The notes: generated by a model from the sequence alone, not told the origin. Positions 25,149-37,127 are shown, counted from the stretch's first letter. The stretch: 64,000 bases of DNA from Squalus acanthias (GCA_030390025.1 CM059432.1:134976001-135040000), one strand, 5' to 3'. Numbers and translations are program-made.

Positions 25149-27892
25149 ACCGGGAGCTCGGGGTCCCCCTTACGGACTGAACGGAGGTGTTCCGCAAAGC
25201 GGTCACCCAATCTGCGTTTGGTCTCCCCAATGTAGAGGAGTCCACATCGTGAGCAGCGAATACAGTATACTAAATTGCAGGAAGTACAAGTAAATCGCTG
25301 TTTCACCTGGAAGGGGTGTTTGGGGCCCTGGACAGTGGGAAGAGGGGAGGTATAAGGGCATGTGTTGCATCTCCTGCGCGTGCACGGGAAGGTGCCGGGC
25401 GAAGGGGAAGGGGTGCTGGGGGTGGTAGAGGAGTGGACTAGGGTGTCGCGGAGGGAGCGGTCCCTGCGGAATGCTGAAAGGGGAGGTGAGGGGAAGATGT
25501 GTTTGGTGGTGGGATCACGCTGGAGGTGGCGGAAATGGCGGAGGATGATCCGTTGAATGTGGAGGCTGGTGGGGTGAAAGGTGAGGACAAGGGGAACCCT
25601 ATCGTGGTTCCGGGAGGGAGGGGCAGGGGTGAGGGCAGATGTGCGGGAGATAGAACGGACACGGTCGAGGGCCGTGTCGACCACGGTAGAGGGGAATCCT
25701 CGGTTGAGGAAAAAGGAAGACATGTCGGAAGCACTGGTATGGAAGGTGGCATCATCAGAGCAGATGCGGCGGAGACGGAGAAACTGGGAGAATGGAATAG
25801 AGTCCTTACAGGAGGCGGGGTGGGAGGAAGTGTAGTCCAGGTAGCTGTGGGAGTCGGTGGGCTTGTAGTGAATGTTAGTCAATAACCTATCCCCAGAGAT
25901 GGAGATGGAGAAGTCGAGGAAGGGAAGGGAAGAGTCGGAGATGGACCATGTGAAGGTGAGGGAAGGGTGGAAATTGGAAGCATAGTGAATGAAATGTTCT
26001 AGTTCAGGGCGAGAGCAGGAGACGGCACCGATACAGTCATCAATGTACCGGAAAAAGAGGTGAGGGAGGGGACCCGAGTAGGACTGGAACAAAGAGTGTT
26101 CCACATATCCCACGAAAAGGCAGGCATAGCTAGGACCCATGCGGGTACCCATAGCAACACCTTTAATTTGGAGGAAATGGGTAGAGTCAAAGGAGAAGTT
26201 GTTCAATGTGAGAACAAGTTCAGCCAGGCGGAGGAGGGTGGTGGTGGATGGGGACTGGTTGGGCCTCTGTTCAAGGAAGAAGTGGAGCGCCCTCAGGCCA
26301 TCCTGGTGGGGAATGGAGGTGTAGAGGGATTGTACGTCCATAGTGAAGAGGAGACGGTTGGGGCCGGGAAACTGGAAACTGTTAAAATGGCGGAGGGCAT
26401 CGGAAGAGTCGCGGATGTAGGTGGGAAGAGACTGGACAAGGGGAGAAAAAATAGAGTCGAGATAGGAAGAGATAAGTTCCGTGGGGCAAGAACAGGCTGA
26501 AACGATGGGTCTACCGGGGCAGTCCTGTTTGTGGATCTTGGGAAGGAGGTAGAAGCGGGCTGTGCGGGGTTGGGGAACTATGAGGTTGGCGGCCGTGGGG
26601 GGAAGATCTCCAGAGGAGATGAGGTCAGTGACAGTCTTGGACACGGTGGCTTGATGTTCGGTAGTGGGGTCATGGTCCAGGTGGAGGTAGGAGGAGGTGT
26701 CAGAGAGTTGGCGTTCAACTTCCGCTAGGTAGAGGTCGGTTCGCCAAACAACAACAGCGCCACCCTTGTCAGCAGGTTTAATGACAATGTCAGGGTTGGA
26801 TCGGAGAGAATGGAGTGCTGCAAGTTCAGAGGGAGGTAGGTTGGAGTGAGTGAGGGGAGCAGAGAAATTGAGCTGGCCGATGTCACGGCGGCAGTTAGCA
26901 ATGAAAAGATCAAGAGAGGGTAAGAGGCCAGAGGGAGGGGTCCAGGTGGAACGAGAATTCTGAAAGCGGGAGAAAGGGTCAGCCGTGCGGGGGGAAGACT
27001 CCTGGCCAGAGAAGTGGGCACGGAGACGGAGGCGGCGGAAAAAGAGCTCAGCATCGTGCCGAGCTCGAAATTCATTGAGATGGGGGCGTAAGGGGATGAA
27101 GCTCAGGCCTTTGCTGAGGACTGATCGTTCGGAGTCAGAGAGGGGAAGGTCAGAGGGGATAGTGAAAACGCGGCAGGGGGTGAGATTGGGAGAAGGGGGG
27201 TCAGAGGAAAGTGAAGGGGAAGAAGGTTCCGGAGGGGCTTTAGTGTCCAAGAGTTGTTGAAGCTTGCGATCCTTGACATCGGAAAGGAAGAAGAAAAGTT
27301 TTTTGTTGAAGCGTCGGATGAGTCTAAGGATGAAATGGAACTGTGGACCCGGACAGCTTTGAGATAGAGTGCGTCGGTGCTGCTGAAGAGAGATGTCGAG
27401 AGTGTTCATGTGGCGCCGCATGGCATTGAGCGTGGATCTCAAGATGCGGCGAGAGCAGTAGTTGGAGGAACGATGAATATCTTGGAGATATTTGTAATCC
27501 TGGGTGGATCCGAAACACGAAGGGTGGAAGTTTAGTTGGAATCCACGTGGGATAAGTCGGAACCGGAGACAGTTGCTGAGGAAAGTAATGTGGCTGTGAA
27601 ACCGAGTCTTGGCAGATACCTGATCAAACACGAGAAGGGAAACTGAAATCAATGAAGATGAACAAGGTTGAAGAGCCAAACGGAAATCCCGTCGAAGAGA
27701 AGAGCAGAACTTCTTCAAGGTAGGCATTCCAAGAAGAGAGGTGGCAGTGAACCAAACACTAATACGATAGCAAAATACTGCAGATGCTGGAAATCCGAAA
27801 TAACAACAGAAAACGCTGGAAAAACTCAGCAGGCCAGGCAGCATCCGTAGAGAGAGAAAGAGAGTTGACGTTTCAGGTCGATGACCTTTCAT
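24977..27892 (-). CDS. Penelope-like element polyprotein: reverse transcriptase, Cys-rich linker and GIY-YIG endonuclease (971 aa as called; true start could be M17 at 27844 or M56 at 27727)
   Basis: RT motifs IKPADKG, LPKIHK..PGRPIVS, TMDVQSLYTSIP, QIKGVAMGTRMGPSYA and RYIDD. Linker CTRRRCNTC. Endonuclease NLVYCIRCSRCGLLYIGET.R.L..RFAEH. Confidence 0.95.
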   Translation of the reverse strand: MKGHRPETSTLFLSLRMLPGLLSFSSVFCCYFGFPASAVFCYRISVWFTATSLLGMPTLKKFCSSLRRDFRLALQPCSSSLISVSLLVFDQVSAKTRFHSHITFLSNCLRFRLIPRGFQLNFHPSCFGSTQDYKYLQDIHRSSNYCSRRILRSTLNAMRRHMNTLDISLQQHRRTLSQSCPGPQFHFILRLIRRFNKKLFFFLSDVKDRKLQQLLDTKAPPEPSSPSLSSDPPSPNLTPCRVFTIPSDLPLSDSERSVLSKGLSFIPLRPHLNEFRARHDAELFFRRLRLRAHFSGQESSPRTADPFSRFQNSRSTWTPPSGLLPSLDLFIANCRRDIGQLNFSAPLTHSNLPPSELAALHSLRSNPDIVIKPADKGGAVVVWRTDLYLAEVERQLSDTSSYLHLDHDPTTEHQATVSKTVTDLISSGDLPPTAANLIVPQPRTARFYLLPKIHKQDCPGRPIVSACSCPTELISSYLDSIFSPLVQSLPTYIRDSSDALRHFNSFQFPGPNRLLFTMDVQSLYTSIPHQDGLRALHFFLEQRPNQSPSTTTLLRLAELVLTLNNFSFDSTHFLQIKGVAMGTRMGPSYACLFVGYVEHSLFQSYSGPLPHLFFRYIDDCIGAVSCSRPELEHFIHYASNFHPSLTFTWSISDSSLPFLDFSISISGDRLLTNIHYKPTDSHSYLDYTSSHPASCKDSIPFSQFLRLRRICSDDATFHTSASDMSSFFLNRGFPSTVVDTALDRVRSISRTSALTPAPPSRNHDRVPLVLTFHPTSLHIQRIILRHFRHLQRDPTTKHIFPSPPLSAFRRDRSLRDTLVHSSTTPSTPSPSPGTFPCTRRRCNTCPYTSPLPTVQGPKHPFQVKQRFTCTSCNLVYCIRCSRCGLLYIGETKRRLGDRFAEHLRSVRKGDPELPVACHFNSPLHSHSDLTVLGLLHCSTEAQRKLEEQHLIFRLGTLQPSGLNIEFNNFRS

Positions 27893-28347
27893 CAGAACTG
27901 GGAAGAGCTGGAAATCAAATAGATTTAAGGCCAGGGTAAAGCTGGGAAAAGGGGGAGGGGATAAAGGAACAAAGGAGGAGATGAAGAGACATTAAGAGAC
28001 ATTAAGAGATATGCAAGGCTAGAGGTGGTGTTAATGTGACAGATTAAGGCTGAATGAAGTGTGAAATCCACTGGCAGAATGAAGGACAGCTGCCAGCTTC
28101 TAGGAGGAAAAAAAAGGTGGGGGGGACAAATAAAAGGGTGGATAAAATAAAATATAAATGTGATTGGAGCTGAGGTTATGATCTAAAATTGTTGAACTCG
28201 ATATTGAGTCCAGAGGGCTGTAGCGTGCCTAAACGAAAGATGAGGTGCTGTTCCTCGAGCTTACGCTGAGCTTCCGTGGAACAGTGTAATAGGCCGAGGA
28301 CGGTGAGGTCAGAGTGGGAGTGAAGCGGTGAATTAAAGTGACAGGCC
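27804..28347 (-). repeat. 5' pseudo-LTR of the PLE
   Basis: Matches 24605-25148 and begins within the GIY-YIG C-terminal coding sequence. Confidence 0.93.
27863..27899 (-). ncRNA. Minimal type I hammerhead ribozyme (5' pLTR)
   Basis: Same sequence as 24664-24700. Confidence 0.88.
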
Positions 28348-29087
28348 TTTGCTTCCAGTTAGCATACCCTCAGCTAGTCCAGCTGAGTTTGGAAATATAT
28401 ACCATGTGGTGAATTACCAATGTCTCATCACTGCACTACTGGGCCCCAGAGCAGATTCAAGGTAATGATAGGACACATAAGGAGAAGCGCTGTACGGAAG
28501 CCAGGCACTTATCCTGAGAAGTAAGGAAGCATCAAAGTGTACGTCAGTTTGTGCCATTCTCGAACACATCCTCTGAATTGGTTCAAAAGTGATTTTGGCA
28601 GAGGCATTGGACCTTACCTGGTCACCCTAAAAATCAGAGAATAGGTCTAAAGAGAAGAAGCTAACTACAAAAATGTGCATATTGGTGGGAGGAGCAGGGG
28701 AAACATTGGGGAAAGCCATCTCCTACCATTCTTGCACACTTGCATGCTGCCAAATCAGAAGCAAAATTGGCAAAGGCCTGAGAGCTGGTAAATGATGTAT
28801 GGCATAGGGAAAGGATGTCAGTGCATGGTTCCTACTCCTGATCACTGTACAGCAACCACTGCTGGAAGTGCATCTGTATGGACATCATGTGAGGGCAGAT
28901 TTGGCCTCATTTGTGATTTGCTTCAGAGTGACACAGCCTGCTGGCACTCGCAGTCTGGGCTCATACATGGAAAATGGCCTCCTGGGCAATGTGACTGAGG
29001 CTGACCAGAGCCTGTGGAACCATACCCCCATTGAGCAGTCGACAGCTTCAGCAGAGCAAGAGTGGAGGGGAGAAAAATGGAAATATA

Positions 29088-29923
29088 GGGGGTGATTTTG
29101 CCAATGGAGGCGGGACTGCTGCTTGTCGGGTTTTAGTCCCGCCTCCATCGATGTTCGGCCAACCCACGCTATTTTCCCTTGATTGACCTTGATAAGCTCG
29201 CCCAGCGGGCTTAGCAGGCCGATTAAGGGAAAGCCGGTGACAGAGAACGTCAGCGTATCACGTTCCATCTGTCAAAAAATTTTGACAGATGAATTGTCAT
29301 CGTTTGACAGCTTTGAGAAGCTGTCAAACACTGACCATCTCTGTTCTTTGGTGAGTTCTTGTACTTGAGGCTCACCAAACCTATTTTCTGAGCAGAAAGC
29401 AGATGGCTGTCGCATCGGAGAATGTAGCAGCCATTCTGTCATCTCTGCCATTGAGATGCCGGAGTTCCGGTTCCCCAACGATTGAAGCCTGCAGGAAGAA
29501 ACAAAGGTAAGGAAACTTTTTCTAACACTTTTCACTCACCTCACATACTTACCTCGCCACACTTGTACCCATCACTCACCTCCACAGCGCACTTTTCGAT
29601 CCCTCTCACCCCCGCAGACCCACTGCTCGCCTCGGTGACCCTGGCGGGGTTTCCCGACGTTGGGAAGCCTGCACTTCTGTTGGAACAATGGGGATAATCC
29701 TCTCAACTGCCTGTCAACTACCTGTTAACGGGCAGTTAAGTGGCTGCAATCCCTTTCCCGCCTTGAGGAGACGGGGCCCGGCGCGGGTCAGGGTACCCCG
29801 CCTCCTGGGAAGATGGCACGGAGGCGGGTTGGGGGCGGGATGGGTTCCTGCCCCCAGTTTCTGCCATTTTCCCGGCAGTCCCGCCTCCAAACCCGCCTCC
29901 CCAGAGCTGGCAAAATCGCCCCC
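29088..29923. mobile_element. PIF/Harbinger-type MITE family C, copy 1
   Basis: TIR GGGGGTGATTTTGCCA / TGGCAAAATCGCCCCC, TSD ATA and repeated GGAGGCGGG/CCCGCCTCC subterminal motifs. A second copy is at 49862-50705. Confidence 0.88.
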
Positions 29924-32611
29924 ATAGTCTTCTGGCCATGAGGAATTTGAAGGTCTCTTTCCATCATTGAAATAGCAAACGCCTAAATAAACACACACTA
30001 TTTTGCTCATTATTGCCTCAGTTGGGTTGGAATGAAACTAGTTTAGACTTTGTAGACGCGCTTGAAACCAATGTAACACAATACAAGAGCAAATGCTATC
30101 ACAGCTAGACTTATTTAATAGTATTGGTATTGGCACTGTAACAGGTAATTTTGGAAAATGTAAAGCTGGTCTTTTTTTAACAATTGTTTCTGATTAAACA
30201 AAGTGAAAATATTATTGTATGGATAAGGAATTTGTATGTTATTTCTAATTAGTGGTTCCTTTAGCTCTTTTTATGGCCTACACTCAAACCTTAATCATCA
30301 CTCTATCCTTTAAAATCATACGCTTCTTTTCCTTTATTATAGAGACAACATTCCTTCCCCTAGGCATTCTGGGTCACATGACATCATTCTGCACTAACTG
30401 AGTTTGTTTTGCAGCTGTGCATTACAACCACAAAATCTCGGCTTGGAGCTGACTCCAAGTCGCTTGAAGACAATATGACTACGCTGTGTTTTGTTTACTG
30501 AGTAAGTTGCTGTGAAAGGAACATCCAATATCAAATGATAGGGATGACTAAATGCCCTATGAAGAAATTAAAGCCCAATCTGAGCCAAACCCTGATAAAT
30601 TCCAAACATTTATAAATGCCACTTCCTCTTGCTCAATGCTAAAGAACTTGGCTTGATTGAACCGGCCAAGCCACGTTTGGATAAACCTGGACTTCAGGAT
30701 GCCTCTGTACATTTCGAACAGAACGTCCGATTATTCAGTACTTCGAAAATGAATCCCACACATTGATTTAATTATTGTCTGCAAAGTGCCCTGCTTCATT
30801 CAGTAACACATGGAGCATGTCTTGGCCCAAATAAAGTGAGTGAATTGAAATATGAAATTGTAAATCATCTTTAATATTTTTTATTAGAATGCAGCACTGA
30901 GTTCCAACTCACTGTCCCACTTGAATTTGTGCCTTCAGTTCCACACACACACACACTGAGCTGATCTTGGCGATGCTGTTTGAAAGCTATAAGCAGAGGT
31001 TCCATACTTCCTTCCACAGAGGTACAAAATATTGGAGGACAAGTCAGCCTGGATCAGTCTGAAATAATTAGACAACTAAATATATGTTTGCTTTTGGGAC
31101 AAAACATCAAAGGAAATGTTTCATCAATTGGACCTCATTTAATGGGGTTCTTGGTATCAGCATAAGTTGGCAAGAAATTTGAAAGAATGTGAAATTATAT
31201 ATTTTTAAACCCAATTGTTCCTCATTAAATAAATTGGTCATATAATTGTATAGGTAGGGTATTTGTTATTTCTGAAAGGTTGCTATTAATTCTCTTCCTA
31301 AGCACAAAGTTTTCTTTCATCCTGCTGGTCCTCAGAATTCAATGCTCCTTTTCGCTTGGTTTATTGTTGAGGTAATAGAGACACTTATGGAATGTTTAGG
31401 CGATCAAAGAGTACTTAGAAATTGCCAGACGAAGTTATGTGGTCAATTGAGTGGAATTTGTAAATATAATAACATTGCTCATGAGTTTTGCTAGTGGCTA
31501 ATTATTTTTTTAAACAAATCATCGGTCATTCTATTTGTGCCTCGGTTTATTTTCACTGACTATAATGGTCCATCTGGTTTCCTGAAATGATCAGTGTAAA
31601 GGGCACTGACTCCGTGAAAAAGTGTTTGGTAAACCTGATTTGTTTGGGGAAGAAGAAGAGCAAGAGAGGTGTGTGTGATGATGCATTTCGGTGGGATTTA
31701 CAGCATTGTATCACGCTTATAAATGCTTGAAAAAGGTCTGGCAAATAATCTTTAGTGAAGGTGATGCTCTTTAAATGACAGCGGCCCTACATATAACTGG
31801 GGGTTGTTCATACTGTGGTAAAACTTCGTATGTGCATGTGTACCAGGAAAAGCACTGAGATCTCTGAAGACTAGGACCATACCATTGTGCCACCTTGTCT
31901 TTAGACTAGGCATTTTTTTTTGTTGCATCAGATTACCTGCTCAAGAGTGGGTGGATATCTGCCCATTGGAGTTTGAACCAATTGACAAAAAAAGGAAAAT
32001 AAAATGAAATGTACTGACAAGAATTATTTCACAATTTTCAAGTTTTGCTTTCATTTGAAGTTCGTTTTGTTTCATATATGGTATCTGTGGATAATCTGAA
32101 TTACTGTGTTGCAAAGAATTAGAATATGAATGGACAAATAATTTATCTGTGACTAAAAACAATTTAGATGGACAATTAAAATGATGCACCGGATGTTAAT
32201 TAACACCTGCACTTTTGCATGAACTTAATATTGTGATATTCTTCTACAGTAAAGCAAAGGTACAGCTGGTAATCAAAAACTTTGTAGTTTACACAAGAGA
32301 GAACATCAGCTGTTGAATGTGATGTTCTTTTGGTATCTAATGTTTATCCATGTTTTTCTTTGAACAGTATAACCTTTTAAGATTTTACTAGTTCCTTTAA
32401 GGAATGTTTTAACCTTTTAAGGACACTTTGCTGAGTTTATGAATATAAACAAGATTATACGACATTAACATGTTAGGCCAGAAATTATCTCCCACAGAAG
32501 TATTAGATAGCAGCATAGTAAAATATCAAAGATGATCTCAACTTATAAGAATGTGAAATTTTAAGGATTTGCCTCAGAAGTAATTAATTTGTTCTGGGCA
32601 TGCTCAGTATC

Positions 32612-32895
32612 ACATAGAAGTTGCAGCACAGAAACAGGCCATTCGGCCCAACAGGTCTATGCTGGTGTTTATGCTCCACACGAGTCTCCTCCCACCCTAA
32701 TTCATCTCACCCTATCTGTATATCCCTCTATTCCGTTCTCTCTCATGTACTAATCTAGCTTCCCCTTAAATGCATCCATGCTATTCGCCTCAACCACTCC
32801 TCGTGGTAGCAAGTTCCACATTCTAATCGCTCTCTGAGTAAAGAAGTTTCTCCTGAATTCCTTATTGGATTTATTAGTACTTTCTTATATTTATG
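32612..32895 (-). mobile_element. CR1 3' end fragment (third subfamily)
   Basis: Reverse complement resembles the 57570-57820 end (aataaatccaataaggaattcaggagaaacttctttac...ggccgaatggcctgtttctgtg). Confidence 0.75.
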
Positions 32896-32902
32896 TATTA
32901 AC

Positions 32903-33090
32903 ATGTATTTGAAAGTCTAATTATTCATCTTGCATATAAGAAATATTTAAAAGTCAACATTAGTGCTGATCATTGTACTTTTGTTTTCACGTTAATTATT
33001 GTATTTATGTGAAAATAAAATTACCCTAATGTTGACTTATAAATGTTGCTTAAGTGAAAGATGAATAAATAATTAGACTTTCAAATACAT
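32903..33090. mobile_element. AT-rich fold-back (hairpin MITE-like) element
   Basis: Arms atgtatttgaaagtctaattatt / aataattagactttcaaatacat, with inner arms aagtcaacattag / ctaatgttgactt and ttttcac / gtgaaaa. Confidence 0.65.
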
Positions 33091-33097
33091 AGTTGTC

Positions 33098-35432
33098 CAG
33101 CTGAGTGGGCCTGCCCTCGCCTGGTTCCGCTCCTACCTACCCAGACGTAGCCAGAGAATCTCTTGCAATGGCTTCTCTTTCCACCCCCGCACTATTACCT
33201 CTGAAGTCCGCCAAGTATCTACGAACATAGGAACAGGAGGGGGCCATTTAGCCCCTCGAGCCTGTTGTTCCGCCATTCAATGAGATCATGGCTGATCTGC
33301 GAGCTAACTCCATATACCCGCCTTTGCCCCATATCCCTTAATACCTTTGGCTAACAGAAACCTATCGATCTCAGATGTAAAATTTAAAATTGACCCAGCA
33401 TCAACTGCCGTTTGTAGAAGAGTTCCAAATTTCTACCACTCTTTGTGTGTCGAAGTGTTTCCTAACTTCGCTCCTGGAAGGCCTGGCTCTAAATTTTAGG
33501 CTATGTATCCTAGTCCTAGAATCCCCAACCAGCGGAAATAGTTTCTCTCTATCTACCCTATCAGTTCCCCTTAAAATCTTGAAAAGTTCGATCAAATCAT
33601 TCCTTAATCTTCTAAATTCCAAGGAATACAACCCTAATTTGTGTCGTCTCTCCTTGTAATTTAACCCTTGGAGTCCAGGTATCATTCTAGTAAATCTATG
33701 TGGCACTCCCTTCAAGATCAATATATCCTTCCTAAGGTGTGGTGCCCAGAACTGCTCACAGTACTCAAGGTGTGATCTAACCAGGGTTTTGTATAGCTGC
33801 AGCATGACTTCTAACCCCTTGTATTCTAGTCCTCTAGATATAAAGGCCAGCATTCCATTAGCCTTGATTATTTTCTGTACCTGTTCATGACATTTTAATG
33901 ATCTATGTACATGGACCCCCAAGTCTCTTTGGATCTCTACTGCTTCTACCTTTTCACCATTTAGAAAGTGCCCTGTTCTATCCTTTTTAGGTCCAAAGTA
34001 GATGACCTTACACTTGCCTATATTGAAATCCATTTGCCACAGTTTTGCTCATTCACTTAATCTATTAATATCTTTGTAATTTTATGCTTCCATCTACACT
34101 GCTTACAATGCCGCCTATCTTTATGTCGTCGACAAACTTGGATATATGGCTTTCTATTCCATCATCTAAGTCGTTAATAAATACGGTGAATAGTTGAGGC
34201 TCCAACACAGATCCCTGTGGGACATCACTAGTCACAACCTGTCAATTAGAGTACCTGCCCATTATCCCTACTCTCTGTCTCCTGCCGCTCAGCCAATCTC
34301 CTAACCAGGTCAATAATTTGCCCTCAATTCCATGGGCTTCAACTTTAGCTAACAGTCTCTTATGTGGGACTTTATCAAATACCTTCTGGAAGTCCATATA
34401 AATAACATCCATAGACATTCCCCTGTCCACTTTTTAGTCACCTCCTCAAAAAATTCAATCAAGCTCGTCTATCCTTGGCTCCCTCCTATTTCACATCTAC
34501 ATGCTGCCCCTCGGTGATGCCATCCAAAAACACAATGTCAGGTTCCACATGTACGCTGATGATACCCAGCTCTACCTCACAACTACCTCTTTCAACCTCT
34601 CCACTCCAGTCCTGGATGAGCAGAAATTTCCTCCGAATAAACATTGGGAAGACTGAAGCCATTGTCTTCGGTCCCCGCCATAAACTCCGTTCCCCTTGCC
34701 ATCGATTCCACCCATCTCCCTGGTCACTGTCTCAGGCTGAACCAGACTGTTCACAATCTCAGAGTCCTACATGACCCTGAGCCGAACTTCAAACCCCATA
34801 TCCTCTCCATCACAAAGACCGCCTACTTCCACCTCCGTAATATTGCCCATCCCCGCCCCTGCATCAGCTCATTTGCTGCCAAAACCCCCATATATGCTTT
34901 TGTTACCTCAAGACTCAACTATTCCAATGCTCTCCTGGCCTGCCTCCCTCCTTACACCATCCATAAACTTGAGCTCATCCAAAACTCGGCTGCCCGTATC
35001 CTAACTCGCACCAAGTCCCATTCACCCATCACCCTTGTGCTGGCTCACTTACATTCGCTCCCTGTCTACCAATGTCTCGATTTTAAAATTCTCATTCTCA
35101 TGTTCAAATCCCTTCCTATCTATCTCTGTAACCTCCACCAACCCTTCAACCTTCCAAGAACTCTGCGTTCCGAGAACCCTAGCCTCTTATGCATCCCTCA
35201 CTTCCTTTGCCCCAATCACTGGTGGCTGTGCCCTCAGTCGGTTGGGCTCTGAAATTCCCTCCCTAAACCTCTCATTCTTTAAGACGCTTCTTAAAATCAA
35301 GCTTTTGGTCACCTGCCATGTCTCCTTCTTTGGCTCAGTGTCAAATTTTGTCTGATTACGCTCCTGTGAAGCGCCTTGGGACGTTTTACTATGTTAAAGG
35401 TGCTATATAAATGCAAGTTGTTGTTGTTGTTG
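33098..35432 (+). mobile_element. L2 LINE 3' portion interrupted by a CR1
   Basis: WFRSYL at about 33120, then [40 protein letters not shown] and a tail aaaggtgctatataaatgcaagttgttgttg. Confidence 0.88.
33222..34466 (-). mobile_element. CR1 fragment nested in the L2
   Basis: YMDFQKVFDKVPHKRL and LVRSHLEYC peptides with the CR1 3' UTR. The L2 GVPQGS-region sequence resumes across a short tcta duplication. Confidence 0.88.
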
Positions 35433-35629
35433 TTAAAGGCCCAATATAAATGCAAATTGCTGTTGTTATTATTTGTAACAGGTGAGTTTGTAACAGGTGA
35501 GTTTTAAGTAAAGATATGCACCCAGCATAACATGGATAATTCCACACCAGTCGAGAATCTGTGCCATCAGCATCTTCAATGTAGAAGAGAAAAAAAAAGG
35601 AAGAACAATGAAATATTTCAAACTGTGCT

Positions 35630-35635
35630 TTTATT
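35630..35635 (-). terminator. Probable NFATC1 polyadenylation signal
   Basis: AATAAA on the minus strand followed about 25-45 nt later by a U-rich tract (35583-35606). It lies at the far edge of the TE-free block. Confidence 0.55.
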
Positions 35636-37119
35636 TTATATTACATGTAGAAAATATTTGCATAATTTCCATTAAACAGGGTACACTAACAGCAAGATTG
35701 GAAAAAAAAAACACGGATACAAATATACAGGAAAATCCAAGCTTTGGAGATCATGAAGGACACAACACACAACACAGGAACTTTGTCTATTTAATTTAAG
35801 AGCCATTCCTGAAATGAAGTGAAAATGTGGAGTGTGCTTTTTGCCCAAGAGATTTTTAACCAGTAACACAAAGTTATTATACATTCTAACATAGAATCCT
35901 AGTCCAGCCTCTCCTTTGGTTTCTTTCTGGGAACAGCTCATAGAAAGCAGAAACTTTCGTTTCCCTATAAAATGCAGCACAAATACAAATACAAATTCAA
36001 AAAAAGAAAGATATACGTATAAAAGAAGGAGAAATGGCAGCTGGCATTTTAGGAGATCAGAAATGGCTGCAACTCCTCAAGGGCCGGTTGGCTAGGGACT
36101 GAATAGTGCAGCGTAGAAAACTGCAAGTATTCACCTATAATGCAATGCAATTGTATTGCCAACAATAAGCTGCCTTTTCAAAACTGTTTTTTTTTTTACA
36201 AGCTTACGCCAGCAGACAAAAGCAGCATTGCAATTATTTTGCATTCTTGTAACATGCTTGCAGTGCTTTCCGCCCAAGCATTAGTAGAATAAGGTCATCC
36301 TGCTACACAAGTTGTATAAACAACCATTTCAGCATTCTCCTAATTATATTTCTATACAACAGGCTTAGGGGTAATAGTAATCTTATAAAACAAAATTAGT
36401 AACCCTACATTAACAGCTTTAATAGAATGGAGAAAATGCATGAGTTTATCCTCACGCATGACTGAGCTTTTTCTCCCCATTTTTCTTCGAAGTCACTCGT
36501 GTGAGTAGCACTTTTCAAGCTAGCCTAAATTAACTTTTATTTGCCAAAAGCCGCTGTTTCAATAGCAAACAGACAAACCTGATCCTAAACGGAGTCAGAT
36601 GCACGTGGCACTGATGTGTATCTAGGCAGGGGGCAAATAAATGGGTGCAACAGGCTACAATGGATCAGAGGTATCGGGGGAAAGAAGATGAGACATTAAA
36701 CAATCTGACAACTGACGGGACAGTCTGTCGTTACTCGTAAAGCAGATGAGTTGCGTTGCTTTTCAACTCCCCAAAGCTGGGAAGCATAACCGTCCCTTGG
36801 ACAGTGGGGTTCTCTGGAGCTTGCCCTATGTATAGCTCTTCATCTGGCCACATGTCCTAAACTCATCACAGTAATCTACTAGTGTGGCTTTGTGGTAAGA
36901 GATCAAATAAGGCAATGGCATAAGCTAAGCAATTAATCTATTGCCATTTGTTTTCACTGTTTTGAGTAAATAATGTGTGTGGCTATACACCTCACATTTG
37001 TCTTCTGTAGTTCATATTGTTACATACTGTGAACATGAACCGGTAAAATGACTTGATACATTAACCTAGAAGTACAACTATGTAATTCCTGGGTAAAACC
37101 TATAGAGGGCACTACTGGT

Positions 37120-37127
37120 TAAGGCAC
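37120..37127 (-). promoter_or_regulatory. miR-124 8mer site
   Basis: Plus strand taaggcac. A further 7mer-A1 site (taaggca) lies at 36908-36914. Confidence 0.55.

Larger units (their letters stand above)
24605..28347 (-). mobile_element. Intact Penelope-like element (Neptune-type) with tandem pseudo-LTRs
   Basis: A single uninterrupted RT plus GIY-YIG ORF flanked by 544-bp direct repeats (24605-25148 and 27804-28347, offset 3199) that include the ORF 3' end, the 3' UTR and a hammerhead. Confidence 0.95.

Noticed and set aside
24590..28365. TSD around the intact PLE, or interpretation as an LTR retrotransposon
   Set aside because: No flanking duplication is seen. The repeats lack TG..CA ends and a PBS/PPT, and the ORF has GIY-YIG rather than gag or integrase.
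30415..30506. Plus-strand exon-like segment (ttttgcAG ... GA|GTAAGT)
   Set aside because: No recognisable peptide or partner exons, and the motifs could be chance.
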